DNA of 64,000 bases from the NCBI GenBank assembly GCA_963667175.2, contig CAXXXF010000016.1:416001-480000 (forward strand). The letters are read 5' to 3'. Positions 40,699-51,115 of the stretch are shown here, piece by piece (the first letter of the stretch is position 1; the number at the start of each line of letters is the position of its first letter). The notes under the pieces are model-generated. The model was not told where the DNA came from. It worked only from the letters and a program-made list of their open reading frames with translations, and ran no database searches. Source of the stretch: Candidatus Latescibacterota bacterium (lineage in GTDB: Bacteria; Latescibacterota; UBA2968; GCA-2709665). Both the position numbers and the translations under genes were made by a program.

Positions 40699-42164
40699 TG
40701 AGATACGAATCCGTCATCGGTCTGGAGGTCCACGCGCAGCTTGCCACGCAGACCAAGATATTCTGCGGTTGCAGCGTGTCGTACGGCGCCGAAGCCAATT
40801 CGCGCACCTGTCCGGTCTGCCTGGGGCTGCCCGGCGCGCTGCCGGTGTTGAACAGGGAGGCGGTCGAGCACACCATTCGCATTGCCCTGGCGGTTGGCTG
40901 CACCGTCCAGAGCCGAAGCCGCTTTCTGAGGAAGAACTATTTCTACCCCGATCTGCCGAAGGGGTATCAGATTTCGCAGTTCCAGTCCAACGAGGAAATG
41001 CCGCTGGCCACGGGAGGCCGTATCGAGATCCCGTCCGGCAGCGGCACAAAGACCATTCGCCTCATCCGCATCCACATGGAAGAAGACGCGGGCAAGAGCA
41101 TCCACGACGAGGCGTTTGTCGCCGCCGGCGAGTCACTGGTGGACGTCAACCGTTGCGGGGTCCCGCTCATCGAACTCGTCAGCGAACCGGACATCGCGAC
41201 GCCGGAAGAAGCCTCCCTCTTCATGACCCGCCTGCGACAGCTGCTGATCTACACGGGAGTTTCGGAAGGAGACATGGAAAAGGGCCACATCCGCATCGAC
41301 GCCAACGTATCGATCCGGCCGGACGGCGCCACCGGACTCGGCGCCAAGGTCGAGATCAAAAATATGAACTCCATACGCAACTGCCGGCGGGCCCTCGAAG
41401 CCGAAATCCTGCGCCAGATCGACACGCTGGAGACCGGCGGCGACGTCATGCAGGAAACCCTGCTCTACGATCCCGACCGCAACCGGCTGCGCACGATGCG
41501 CGGCAAGGAGTCCTCCGACGACTACCGCTATTTCCCAGAGCCCGATCTGGTTCCGGTCGTCGTCGATCCGGAATGGACGGACCGGATCCAAGCCACCGTT
41601 CCCGAACTGCCGGAAGCGAAACGCACCCGTTTCGAGCTCGCGTACGGGCTGAGAACAGACCAGATCGACACCCTGATCGCCGACCGGAAAATGGCCGATT
41701 ACTATGAAGCCGCCGTGTCGGCCGGGGCAGAGCCCGCCACGGCCGCAAACTGGGTCCACGGCGACGTCCTCCGGACTCTCAACGAACGAAAAATCGACGT
41801 CGATCAACTCAAAGCCGCCCCCGCAGATCTTGCGGCGCTGCTCAAGTTGATCGAAGGCGGCGTCATCAGCGCGAGCGTCGGGAGGACCGTATTCGCCCGG
41901 ATGGCCGAAACCGGCGACGCACCCGAAGCCGTCGTCGAACGGCAGGGTCTCGCGCAGATCAGCGATTCGTCCCGGATCGACGGCCTGATCGAAACGGTGA
42001 TTTCACAGCACCCCGACGCCGTCGAGAGATACAGGAGAGGCGACGCAAAGCTGCTGGGTTTCTTCATGGGGCAGATCATGAAGGCCACAAGAGGCCAGGC
42101 GAACCCCGGCATGGCGAATCGGCTGTTGCGGGAGAAGCTGGCGCCCAGACCCCCGTCCTCCTGA
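40698..42164 (+). CDS. gatB: Asp/Glu-tRNA amidotransferase subunit B
   Basis: IGLEVHAQL, RKNYFYPDLPKGYQISQ, YRYFPEPDL. Confidence 0.97.
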   Translation: MRYESVIGLEVHAQLATQTKIFCGCSVSYGAEANSRTCPVCLGLPGALPVLNREAVEHTIRIALAVGCTVQSRSRFLRKNYFYPDLPKGYQISQFQSNEEMPLATGGRIEIPSGSGTKTIRLIRIHMEEDAGKSIHDEAFVAAGESLVDVNRCGVPLIELVSEPDIATPEEASLFMTRLRQLLIYTGVSEGDMEKGHIRIDANVSIRPDGATGLGAKVEIKNMNSIRNCRRALEAEILRQIDTLETGGDVMQETLLYDPDRNRLRTMRGKESSDDYRYFPEPDLVPVVVDPEWTDRIQATVPELPEAKRTRFELAYGLRTDQIDTLIADRKMADYYEAAVSAGAEPATAANWVHGDVLRTLNERKIDVDQLKAAPADLAALLKLIEGGVISASVGRTVFARMAETGDAPEAVVERQGLAQISDSSRIDGLIETVISQHPDAVERYRRGDAKLLGFFMGQIMKATRGQANPGMANRLLREKLAPRPPSS

Positions 42165-42184
42165 CTGCAAAGCCGACGGCAACC

Positions 42185-42871
42185 GTGAGCAATCATCTCG
42201 TTATCTTCGCCAAAAACCCCGTTCCCGGCGCGGTCAAGACGCGCCTCCATCCCAGGTACACACCGACACAGGCGGCGGCGATCTACCGTGCCTTCGTCCT
42301 GGATACCGTGGACGCTGCGATGCAGGCCCGCGTGGACCTGCGCTGCGTTGCCTTCGATCCGCCGGGAGCGGAAGTCGAACTCGGCGATCTGGCCGGTCCT
42401 GGTTGGGTACTCTTCGCCCAGGTCTCCGGCGACCTGGGCGAACGCATGTACCTGGCGGCACGCCACTGTTTCGACCTGGGCGCGCGGCGCGTCGTGGTCT
42501 TGGGAACCGACGTTCCTTCGCTGCCGCCCAGCCGCATCGATCGTGCATTCGAACTCCTGGAAGCCAACGAGATCGTACTCGGACCCAGCATGGATGGCGG
42601 GTACTATCTCGTTGGCCTCTCACGACCGGTCCGGGAGATCTTCCGCGACATCGCGTGGAGCACCGCCCGGGTGTTCGCGCAGACGCTTGAGCGGGCCAGG
42701 GCCGCCGGTCTCGCCGTTGGCGTTCTTCCGTCGTGGCACGACGTGGACACGCCCCGGCAGCTGGATTATCTCGTCGACCACGCGCGCGCGCATCTCCACG
42801 CCGGCACGGTCGACCCCATTCCTCACACCCGCGCCTGCCTCTCGACCATCGACGGGCCCGCTGGACCGTGA
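42185..42871 (+). CDS. DUF2064/TIGR04282-type glycosyltransferase-like protein
   Basis: FAKNPVPGAVKTRL, GDLGERM, LGPSMDGGYYLVG, DVDT. Confidence 0.85.
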   Translation: MSNHLVIFAKNPVPGAVKTRLHPRYTPTQAAAIYRAFVLDTVDAAMQARVDLRCVAFDPPGAEVELGDLAGPGWVLFAQVSGDLGERMYLAARHCFDLGARRVVVLGTDVPSLPPSRIDRAFELLEANEIVLGPSMDGGYYLVGLSRPVREIFRDIAWSTARVFAQTLERARAAGLAVGVLPSWHDVDTPRQLDYLVDHARAHLHAGTVDPIPHTRACLSTIDGPAGP

Positions 42872-42906
42872 CGGCAGACGGCGATGCCGCCGCAAGGGAA
42901 ACCAGG

Positions 42907-44049
42907 ATGACAATCAAACGCATCGAACAGTTTTTCCCGCGTCCTCGCACCCGCCTGCTGAAAATTTCGACCGATAACGGCCTCGAGGGCTGGGGAGAAA
43001 CCACCCTGGAGGGCAGACCCGGAAGCACCGTTGCCGCGGTGGAGGAACTGTCAGCCTATCTCATAGGCAAAGACCCGCTCCGGATCCAGCACCACTGGCA
43101 GCATATCTACCGTTCAGCGTTCTACCGAGGAGGCGCTGTCCTCATGACCGCGCTGTCGGGCATCGACCAGGCGCTGTGGGATATCGCGGGCAAGTACTAT
43201 GGCGTACCCGTATACCGGTTGCTCGGAGGCCCGGTGAGGGACCGGATCCGGGTCTACGCCCACTGGGGAATCGGCGGCCTCACGGAGGACGAACAGGCCG
43301 CATCGAGACAACGCCTGGACAGTCTCCGGAAAAAGGGCGGTTACAAGGCGTTCAAGACCGGGCCCGGGGGCAAGTGGCGTGCCCACGAACCTCCCGCCGT
43401 TATCGATGAATTCGTCCGCCGCGCCTACATGATGCGGGAGTGGGTCGGGCCCGACGTGGAGCTCTGTTTCGATTTTCACGGAAAAATGACACCGGCACTG
43501 GCGGTCGAAATCTGTCAGGAACTCAGAGGCATGCGGCCGATGTTTGTGGAAGAACCCGTACCACAGGAGAACGTGGATGCGCTGAAACACGTCTCCGACA
43601 GGGTCCCCTTTCCCGTCGCCACGGGCGAGCGGCTGCTCAGCAGGTGGGAGTTCCGGCGCGTCTTCGAAAACCAGGCCGCCGCGTACATCCAGCCGGACGT
43701 TTCTCACGCCGGCGGTATTTCGGAAACCCTCAGAATCGCCAATATGGCCGAAGTCTACTACATGCACGTCATGCCCCATTGCGCCATCGGACCCGTTGCG
43801 TTCTCGTCGTGCCTGCACGTCGACGCCGCCGTGCCCAACTTTCTGATTCAGGAGCAGGTCGACGCGTGTCTTGGAGAAGGCCTGCTGATGCAACCCTGGC
43901 AGGTGAACGACGGTCACGTCCCGCTTCCGGCCGGGCCCGGCCTCGGCATTGAACCCGACGAACGCGAAGTGCGCAAGATGAGCGACTACACGGAGGAACT
44001 GGGAGGTGAATATTACCACCCGTCCGACGGGAGTGTGGCGGACTGGTAG
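42907..44049 (+). CDS. dgoD: Galactonate dehydratase-like (mandelate racemase/enolase family)
   Basis: GWGETTLEG, ALSGIDQALWDIAGK, DFHGK, FVEEP, ATGERL, QPDVSHAGGI, GSVADW. Confidence 0.8.
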   Translation: MTIKRIEQFFPRPRTRLLKISTDNGLEGWGETTLEGRPGSTVAAVEELSAYLIGKDPLRIQHHWQHIYRSAFYRGGAVLMTALSGIDQALWDIAGKYYGVPVYRLLGGPVRDRIRVYAHWGIGGLTEDEQAASRQRLDSLRKKGGYKAFKTGPGGKWRAHEPPAVIDEFVRRAYMMREWVGPDVELCFDFHGKMTPALAVEICQELRGMRPMFVEEPVPQENVDALKHVSDRVPFPVATGERLLSRWEFRRVFENQAAAYIQPDVSHAGGISETLRIANMAEVYYMHVMPHCAIGPVAFSSCLHVDAAVPNFLIQEQVDACLGEGLLMQPWQVNDGHVPLPAGPGLGIEPDEREVRKMSDYTEELGGEYYHPSDGSVADW

Positions 44050-44108
44050 GTGGGCCCGACATTGCCGGTGAACAGCGACGCCGCGGCACAGGCCGGCGAC
44101 CGCGTGGG

Positions 44109-45386
44109 TCACTCTTCCGACTGTCGCCAGTATCGCCGGATCGGTACCGGCACGATCGTCGTCTCCCAGTAGTCCTCGGGCAGGTCCTGCCACCGCGCCA
44201 TGCTCCGGGCGTCCGCGTCCCAGACCAACTCGCCTTTGCGGAGCGTCAGCTTGCACACCAGACGCTCGTTCCCGTCCATCCGCCCCCATCCGCAGTCCCG
44301 GAAGGAAAACGCTCCCTCGAGGCGCGAGAACACCGCGACGTCGGCCTCCGCCCCGACGCCGAGCGTGCCCAGGTCCGGCCGGCGAATCGCCTTCGCCGGC
44401 GTTGCCGTGGACCGGTAGATCACCTCCCGCAGGGGCATTCCCATCAGGAGGCACTTGGACATCACGTCGGTCATGCTGACCACGGACCCGTGGATATTTC
44501 CGGTATGCAGGTCCGTGCTGATGGAGTCCGGCGAAAACCCGTCCGCAATGGCGGGAACGCCGTTGCGGTACCAGAAACTCGCCGCGCCGTGGCCCAGGTC
44601 GAACCAGACACCCCGATCCCTGGCCTCGAACATATGGTCCCGGACCCGCCCGTTATCGTCCACGACGGGAAACTGCCGGGCGAAAACGTGCGTGTGAATG
44701 TCCCCGGGACGCAGCTTCCGCAGGATCAGATCCTGGTAGGACCGCTCAGGCGGACGGGGCCAGAAGTCGACCATCACCGGCATCTCGCACAGGTCGCCCG
44801 CCTCGACCGCCCGCTCGACGGACGCCCAGGGAGGATGGTTGTCGTCGAACGGTCCTCGCGGCCAGTAGTGGGCTGTCTTGATGCCCACGACCACGTCCCC
44901 GTGATCCGCCGCCGCCGCCGCCGCGCCCGCGGCGTCGAACGTGCGGATATCCTGCTCCGAACTTCCCATTCCCGGAGCGGAGACGTTGACAAGAGCCAGA
45001 ATCCGGCAGATCTTTTTCTCCATCACAGTCTGCCTGAAATGCGCGATTTCCTCACATCCCGCGGTTCCGGTATCCACGCAGGTCGTCACTCCGTCGCTCA
45101 GAAAATGCGCATCCGCGTTCAGACTGCTGGTGAATTTTCCGGACCCCGGGTCCAGCCTGGTGTCGTAGGCATGGACGTGAATGTCCACCAGCCCGGGCGT
45201 GACCAGCAGGCCCGATACGTCGATGACGCGCGATGCCCGGTCCGCGGCGATCCGGTCCGAAACTTCGGCGATTTTTCCGCTCCGAATGCCAACGTCACGG
45301 TTACCTTCGACGTCATTCGCGGGATCGATGACGTACCCGCCCTTCAGCAACAAATCCAACCGAACATCCTCCCGGACAGTCTCCAT
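44109..45386 (-). CDS. Amidohydrolase/deacetylase family metallohydrolase (dihydroorotase-like)
   Basis: PGLVDIHVH, LRPGDIHTH, FDLGHGAASF, ISTDLH. Confidence 0.88.
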   Translation of the reverse strand: METVREDVRLDLLLKGGYVIDPANDVEGNRDVGIRSGKIAEVSDRIAADRASRVIDVSGLLVTPGLVDIHVHAYDTRLDPGSGKFTSSLNADAHFLSDGVTTCVDTGTAGCEEIAHFRQTVMEKKICRILALVNVSAPGMGSSEQDIRTFDAAGAAAAAADHGDVVVGIKTAHYWPRGPFDDNHPPWASVERAVEAGDLCEMPVMVDFWPRPPERSYQDLILRKLRPGDIHTHVFARQFPVVDDNGRVRDHMFEARDRGVWFDLGHGAASFWYRNGVPAIADGFSPDSISTDLHTGNIHGSVVSMTDVMSKCLLMGMPLREVIYRSTATPAKAIRRPDLGTLGVGAEADVAVFSRLEGAFSFRDCGWGRMDGNERLVCKLTLRKGELVWDADARSMARWQDLPEDYWETTIVPVPIRRYWRQSEE

Positions 45387-45565
45387 ATTTCCACGCTCCT
45401 TTATTGTGAGTTTCCCGGCTTTCCGCCCGTCCACTAGAATTTTGAAATTACACCTCGGTACGTTATATTGTAGGCCCTTGCTCGAAGTCGCGCGCGTTCG
45501 GCGCAACCGCCGGCAGGAATTGAATCAAACGGGACTCAGCCCGGCACATTTGCGAAGGAATTAGC

Positions 45566-46108
45566 GTGAAGCGGAAGAAGCTCGGACTCAATAAATATCA
45601 GAAGCGAGCCTTCAGAATCGGGGAAGCGCGCGTCAACGGCGAAAGTATCGGTAGGCTGATCGACCTCTCCCGCAGCCCCAACCCGGTAGATCGCGAAACC
45701 GCCGCCAGATTCCTGTGCCCCTGCCACGTCCGGCGCCGCCGGCAAGACGTCTGGGACGCGCTTTACCGGATGCTCGAAGACCCCGATCGGCGTGTGCGCA
45801 AGGCCGCGTGGCACACCCTGGAAGACGGCGGGAGACCGGACGACCCCGCTTTGGATTCCATATTCGAACGTGCGGCACAGGAAGATTCCGAAAAGGGAAT
45901 TCGACTGCAGGCTGGCGCCTATCTGAAGGCACGTCGGGGATCTGCAGACGCCGCACTTCAGGCGGATGCCGAAGCCGGTTACCGAATACGCGGCAAGTGC
46001 GACTTCTGCGGTTCAACGGATGTATTCGTAAAAACAGACATTGGAACCGAAATCCCTGACGACGGGCGGATGCGCTTCAGTCTCGTCTGCGAGGCCTGCG
46101 ACAACTGA
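45566..46108 (+). CDS. HEAT-repeat protein with C-terminal Zn-ribbon
   Basis: LCPCHV, MLEDPDRRVRKAAWHTL, CDFC...CEAC. Confidence 0.7.
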   Translation: MKRKKLGLNKYQKRAFRIGEARVNGESIGRLIDLSRSPNPVDRETAARFLCPCHVRRRRQDVWDALYRMLEDPDRRVRKAAWHTLEDGGRPDDPALDSIFERAAQEDSEKGIRLQAGAYLKARRGSADAALQADAEAGYRIRGKCDFCGSTDVFVKTDIGTEIPDDGRMRFSLVCEACDN

Positions 46109-46136
46109 GTCCCGCGTCCGGAACGGAGGACGAAGC

Positions 46137-46928
46137 ATGCAGATCATTGTCCGAAACGAAGACGATCTCAAGGACCGCTGGAACAGGCTTCAGAACTTTC
46201 TCTTCGACCCTGAATACTTCAAGTTTGACATGGAGTTCCCCTCCGCCGAGGAGATCGTGGACATTCTCCGAAGGGACAGTCAGGCACGAATCAACGTTCC
46301 CGGCGACCTTCCGGAGGAGGAAGAAATCGAGAAGCGTGAGGAATTCAAAACGCTGCCCATCGCCGACGTCATCGACCGCCCCTTCTCGCTGGCCCACTTT
46401 CACCTTCAGAGCTTCTACGGCGAAGGTCAGTTCCTGCGGGACTTCCAGAAGAAGGTGATGATTCCGTGGCGCACCTTTCTGGCGTCGAGCGGATTCACCT
46501 GGCAACGGTGTTATCCCATTATTTTCATTTCCGGGAGGCATTGCAGTTCTTCCTACCACATGGACACGTCGCACGTCGTTGCCTGGCAGGTCTGGGGGGT
46601 AAAATACTTCAATGCATTCAAAGATCCCTACAAATATGCGCCCCTGGATGACGCCGTCAACAACCGCGAGTCACTCAGAGGGCCAGACGGGCCGCCGGAA
46701 CACGATCCCGGCGACGTTCTTAGCTATAAAATGGAAAAGGGCGACCTGCTCTGGAATCAGTTGCTCACCCCCCACTGGGTTCCCGCGGGGGACAGCGTTG
46801 CCGTTAGCGTCAACATTTCGCACGGCGGCATCGCTTTTGGCGGGCAGTTCAGCCCCAACGAAACGGCCCTGAGAAAACGCTGGGAAGCCCATCCAAGGGA
46901 AGCGTGGCTCGTGGATACCCGCTACTGA
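46137..46928 (+). CDS. Cupin/JmjC-like Fe(II) oxygenase
   Basis: SSYHMDTSH...WQVWGVKYF...GDLLW...PHWV (HxD...H triad); GGAGG RBS. Confidence 0.7.
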   Translation: MQIIVRNEDDLKDRWNRLQNFLFDPEYFKFDMEFPSAEEIVDILRRDSQARINVPGDLPEEEEIEKREEFKTLPIADVIDRPFSLAHFHLQSFYGEGQFLRDFQKKVMIPWRTFLASSGFTWQRCYPIIFISGRHCSSSYHMDTSHVVAWQVWGVKYFNAFKDPYKYAPLDDAVNNRESLRGPDGPPEHDPGDVLSYKMEKGDLLWNQLLTPHWVPAGDSVAVSVNISHGGIAFGGQFSPNETALRKRWEAHPREAWLVDTRY

Positions 46929-47071
46929 CGGGGTGCGACCAAACCGGCGAGACCTGCTGCTGCCGGAATCGCCTCCAAGCCGGAAATCTCGCGCAGGCGA
47001 TTCCGGCATCGGTTCCGGGCGAAACTACAGACGTCGGCGGCGGTCACGGTCGTTTAATTCTCGAAAACCAA

Positions 47072-47902
47072 ATGGCGTACGAAAAACCAGACGCGCCTCC
47101 GGTTTCAGGATGGCAGCGGCGTCTACGGAACCTCTTTTTTGAATCGGACACGCCCACGGGACGCCGGTTCGCCCTCGTGCTCATCTCCAGCATCGTCCTG
47201 AGCGTGCTGACCGTGATGCTGGACAGCATCGACGCGGTCCGGGAGTCCCATGGCGGCCTGCTTTATGGACTCGAATGGTTCTTTACAGTCCTATTCACAC
47301 TCGAGTATTTCATGCGGCTGATCTGCGTTGGCCGCACGTTGCGTTATGCGTCTTCGTTCTTCGGCGTCGTGGACCTGCTTGCAATCATCCCCACGTACAT
47401 CAGTCTGCTCCTGCCGGGCAGCCAATATCTGGTGGTCATCCGCGTCCTCCGCGTACTGCGCGTTTTTCGCGTCCTTAAACTGGTGCAGTACATGGACGCG
47501 GCCCGAATGATGGCCCGCGCAGTCCACTCGAGTTACAGGAAGGTTGCCGTTTTTGCGGTTACGGTGATGACGGCAGTCGTTATCCTCGGCTCCCTGATGT
47601 ACATCATTGAAACACCTGAGAACGGCTTTACCAGCATACCCCGGAGCATCTATTGGGCCATCGTGACCCTCACGACCGTCGGATACGGTGATATTTCCCC
47701 GAAAACCGCACCCGGCCAAATCCTTGCGACCGTTGTCATGTTGCTGGGCTTCAGCATAATCGCAGTGCCCTCCGGAATCCTGTCGGTCGAAATCTTCCAG
47801 GCCTCGAAAGGCCGGTCCGCCGCACGGTACTGCCCGGGATGTAACGCCGAGACCCGTGAGGCCGATGCGAACTATTGTCGATATTGCGGCACGAGATTAT
47901 AG
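47072..47902 (+). CDS. Voltage-gated potassium channel (6TM ion transporter) with C-terminal Zn-ribbon
   Basis: S4 IRVLRVLRVFRVLKL, selectivity filter TTVGYGD, CPGC...CRYC. Confidence 0.93.
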   Translation: MAYEKPDAPPVSGWQRRLRNLFFESDTPTGRRFALVLISSIVLSVLTVMLDSIDAVRESHGGLLYGLEWFFTVLFTLEYFMRLICVGRTLRYASSFFGVVDLLAIIPTYISLLLPGSQYLVVIRVLRVLRVFRVLKLVQYMDAARMMARAVHSSYRKVAVFAVTVMTAVVILGSLMYIIETPENGFTSIPRSIYWAIVTLTTVGYGDISPKTAPGQILATVVMLLGFSIIAVPSGILSVEIFQASKGRSAARYCPGCNAETREADANYCRYCGTRL

Positions 47903-48875
47903 GCTGCTGACCGTGCTCGTCGTCGCGGGGATGGCGGCCGTCCTTTATCTCCCGGCATCCGGGACGCCGGAACAGCGGGCGGCGGACCTGTGCGCCGGCG
48001 CCGAAACCGCGCAAAGACACGGAGACGACGAATCGGCGATTGCGACCTACCGGGAAGCCGTCGGCATTCACTCTGAATCCGTTTGTGCACGCCTGGGCCT
48101 TGCAGGCCTTCTGACTGAAAGGCGAAGATTCTCCGAAGCAATGGAAACTCTGCAGGCGGTATCACCCGCCCTGTTGCGTCCCGGGGAGTGGATGGAATAT
48201 GCGCGCGCCCTTAGAGACGCACGGGCTGACAGCGAGGCCGAGTCTGCATATCTTACGGCCTCCGCAAGAATGCCGGAGGATCCAGGTCCCGCCCTGGAGT
48301 TGGCCGAATTTTACCTCTCTGCGGGAAGACTCGACAGCGCAGAATCCCGGTTCCGGCGCGCAAGGTCTCTGGACGGCGATCCCGGCGCGATTCACGCCGG
48401 CATGGGGCGCACGTTCGTCAGTCGCGGCGAACTCGACTCGGCTGCTGTCCGCTTCCGGCTTGCGCTTCAGGAAGACCCGGCAGACGTCGAATTGCTCTGC
48501 GACACCGCCCGGAACGAGCTCCAGCGAAAGCGGCCGGGCGCCGGCTTGCGCTATCTCCGCGGCGCCGTCGCACTGGACCCGTATCTGCCTCGCGCACGGT
48601 ACCTGCTGGGACGGACGCTGCTCGCACTCGGGCATGAAGAGGAAGCCCGGGCTCAACTGGACGTCTTCGACCGCCAGAACAGGCTGGCCCTTCGCATACG
48701 CGTACTGAAACATCGCGTTGCCGAGAACCCGACGGCGGAAGACTATCAGGCGCTGTCTCACCTTTACAGTCTGACGGGACGGGACAGCCTGGCGTCGTCG
48801 TGCCTTCAGCGGGCCACCGCGCTGAATCCGCTGGCAACCGCGCCTCACGAGGCCCAGGGCGCCGTCCGCTTCTGA
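47865..48875 (+). CDS. Membrane-anchored TPR protein
   Basis: N-terminal TM helix and multiple TPR-like repeats; start uncertain. Confidence 0.8.
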   Translation: MRTIVDIAARDYRLLTVLVVAGMAAVLYLPASGTPEQRAADLCAGAETAQRHGDDESAIATYREAVGIHSESVCARLGLAGLLTERRRFSEAMETLQAVSPALLRPGEWMEYARALRDARADSEAESAYLTASARMPEDPGPALELAEFYLSAGRLDSAESRFRRARSLDGDPGAIHAGMGRTFVSRGELDSAAVRFRLALQEDPADVELLCDTARNELQRKRPGAGLRYLRGAVALDPYLPRARYLLGRTLLALGHEEEARAQLDVFDRQNRLALRIRVLKHRVAENPTAEDYQALSHLYSLTGRDSLASSCLQRATALNPLATAPHEAQGAVRF

Positions 48876-48973
48876 CCTCGTCGTTTCACGAAAATGCGTC
48901 CCTCGGGTCGGCGCCTTCTTCCCCACGCCGGACGTCGGGCAACCCGAACCGCGTTCGAGAAAACGCCCATCTC

Positions 48974-50983
48974 ATGTCAATGCCATCGCCGAAATCGAGG
49001 GATTCCCGGGTGGAGACCACCTCCGGATCGGACGCAGTGAAAAATCGCGGCGTGACCGTGAGGGCCATTGTCTACGGGCTCCTGCTTTCCGTGGCCATCG
49101 GAATTCTGGGCGACACGGTGCGTTATGTCCTGCACGCGTCGTTCATGGCGTACAGCCATATGCCCATGGGCAACCTGATCCTCACGCTGGTCTCGATCAT
49201 CCTCTGCTCGCTGCTGGCCTACAGGTTCGGCCGGCGGTTTGTCTTCTCCTCATCGGAATGGATCACCATCTTCTGCATGGGGTTCATCAGCTCTCTGGGG
49301 CCTACCTACGGGATCAGCGGTTACCTCGTGGGTATCATGGTGGCGCCGCACTATTTCGTGACCCAGGAGAACGAGTGGGTAAGGTACCTGCATCCCTATC
49401 TTCCCGGATGGCTGATACCGGAAAACGACGGCAATGCAATGGCCTGGTTCTACGAGGGCCTTCCACAGGGCGCATCCATACCCTGGGGCGTCTGGGCCGT
49501 GCCTCTCTTCTGGTGGTTCACGTTTCTCTGCGCGGTCGCCCTGGCCGTAGCCTGCCTGTCCATCATCTTCCGCAAGCAGTGGTCCGAGTACGAACGGCTC
49601 GTCTTTCCGGCGATGGAACCCATCATAGAATTCACAACACAGGCGGGAACGGGAAAACGCCGGTTGCCGGAATTCATGAAGGGTAAGGCGTTCTGGGCCG
49701 GATTTATGCTCACCACGTTTGTTTTCGGCTGGAACATGATTGCATGGTTCTATCCCCAGTTTCCCCGGTTTCCCACGGCTTCCGCCCGGTGGGTCTTTTT
49801 TTCGCGTGACTATCCGCCCGGCTTTTTCTTTTTGAGTGCCGTTGTCATCTGTTTTTCTTACTTCGCCAGCCTCGAGATTCTCTTCAGCCTCTGGTTTTTC
49901 GACGTCCTATTCATTCTTGAGGGCGGCATCCTCAATGAACTCGGCATATCGGCGATTTCGCCCTACTACGGCAGAGGTCGATATATCTGGCAAACGGCCG
50001 GAGGGTTCACGGCCTTCGCCCTCTGGGGGATCTGGGTCGCGAGACACCACCTGCGGGACGTCTTCGCGAAAGCGCTGAATCCGAACCGGTCCGCCCCGGA
50101 CGACAGCACTGAGTTGCTCTCGTGCCGGCACGCCGTGCTGGGGCTTGTTGTCGGATGTCTATACATGGCGCTCTGGCTGGCATGGATCGGGATGCAGGCA
50201 AAGGTGATTGTCCTCCTCATCCTTTGTATGCTCATCGTCTACACCACCGTTTCAAAAATGCTGGCGGACTCAGGCATCATCTACCTGAACCCACCCACGT
50301 CCGCATGGGGTCTTGTCAGCAGATTTCTGGGCGGTTCACACACCTATACCGCGTCGACCAAAATGGCGTTGAGCCTCTCCTCGCGGGCCGTAAACCACTA
50401 TCGAGGCCTGTCCATGGGAACGATGGCCCATATCAACCGCCTCGCGGAGTTTCTTCCCACCGGAAAACGTCGGCTGTTCGGGGCGGTCTGCGGGGCGTTC
50501 GTGGTGGGGATGGTTACGTCGACGCTTTATACCGTGTGGCTCGGCTATACCATGGGCGGGTACAATATACAGCCCAACTGGCTGATCATCCACGCGGGCA
50601 TCCGGCAGGTAACCGGCATTGCCAATTCAATCAAGGCCGTCGACAGCCCGATTGAGCCGGTCAACTACTGGTTCTTTCTGGCCGGGGCCGCCGTCATGGC
50701 AATTCTCAATCTGATGAGGTATCGATTCGTCTGGTGGCCGCTGCATCCCATCGGGTTTGCGCTGTCCGGCACCGCGCTTTCGAGGCTGACCAGCGCGACC
50801 ATATTCGTGGCCTGGCTGGTCAAACTGACCATGCTCAAGCTCGCGGGCGCCGCCTTTTACCGTAAGTCCAGACCCTTCTTCATCGGGATGCTGGTGGGTT
50901 ATATTCTCTCTGTCGCCTCCGGCGTTGTCGTTGACGCCATCTGGTTCCAGCCGGATGGCCACGTGGTACACAAGTGGTATTAA
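48974..50983 (+). CDS. Polytopic membrane protein, DUF6785/DUF6784-like (putative transporter)
   Basis: Many TM segments; IPWGVWAVPL, RKQWSEYERLVFP, WWPLHPIGF, RPFFIG. Confidence 0.78.
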   Translation: MSMPSPKSRDSRVETTSGSDAVKNRGVTVRAIVYGLLLSVAIGILGDTVRYVLHASFMAYSHMPMGNLILTLVSIILCSLLAYRFGRRFVFSSSEWITIFCMGFISSLGPTYGISGYLVGIMVAPHYFVTQENEWVRYLHPYLPGWLIPENDGNAMAWFYEGLPQGASIPWGVWAVPLFWWFTFLCAVALAVACLSIIFRKQWSEYERLVFPAMEPIIEFTTQAGTGKRRLPEFMKGKAFWAGFMLTTFVFGWNMIAWFYPQFPRFPTASARWVFFSRDYPPGFFFLSAVVICFSYFASLEILFSLWFFDVLFILEGGILNELGISAISPYYGRGRYIWQTAGGFTAFALWGIWVARHHLRDVFAKALNPNRSAPDDSTELLSCRHAVLGLVVGCLYMALWLAWIGMQAKVIVLLILCMLIVYTTVSKMLADSGIIYLNPPTSAWGLVSRFLGGSHTYTASTKMALSLSSRAVNHYRGLSMGTMAHINRLAEFLPTGKRRLFGAVCGAFVVGMVTSTLYTVWLGYTMGGYNIQPNWLIIHAGIRQVTGIANSIKAVDSPIEPVNYWFFLAGAAVMAILNLMRYRFVWWPLHPIGFALSGTALSRLTSATIFVAWLVKLTMLKLAGAAFYRKSRPFFIGMLVGYILSVASGVVVDAIWFQPDGHVVHKWY

Positions 50984-51115
50984 ACCGGACGAAGGCTTCG
51001 TGTGTCGTTATTCGGCGATCGGCATCCCTGAGGCGGCACGCTGCCGTGAGCCGGAAGTTCCAAAACGTCGAACTGACCTTGTGCCCGAAATCTTTCGCCT
51101 GATGCAGGTGTCTTC

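Noticed and set aside
44906-44924. (GCC)n trinucleotide run as a phase-variable tract
   Set aside because: In-frame poly-Ala codons within the amidohydrolase gene
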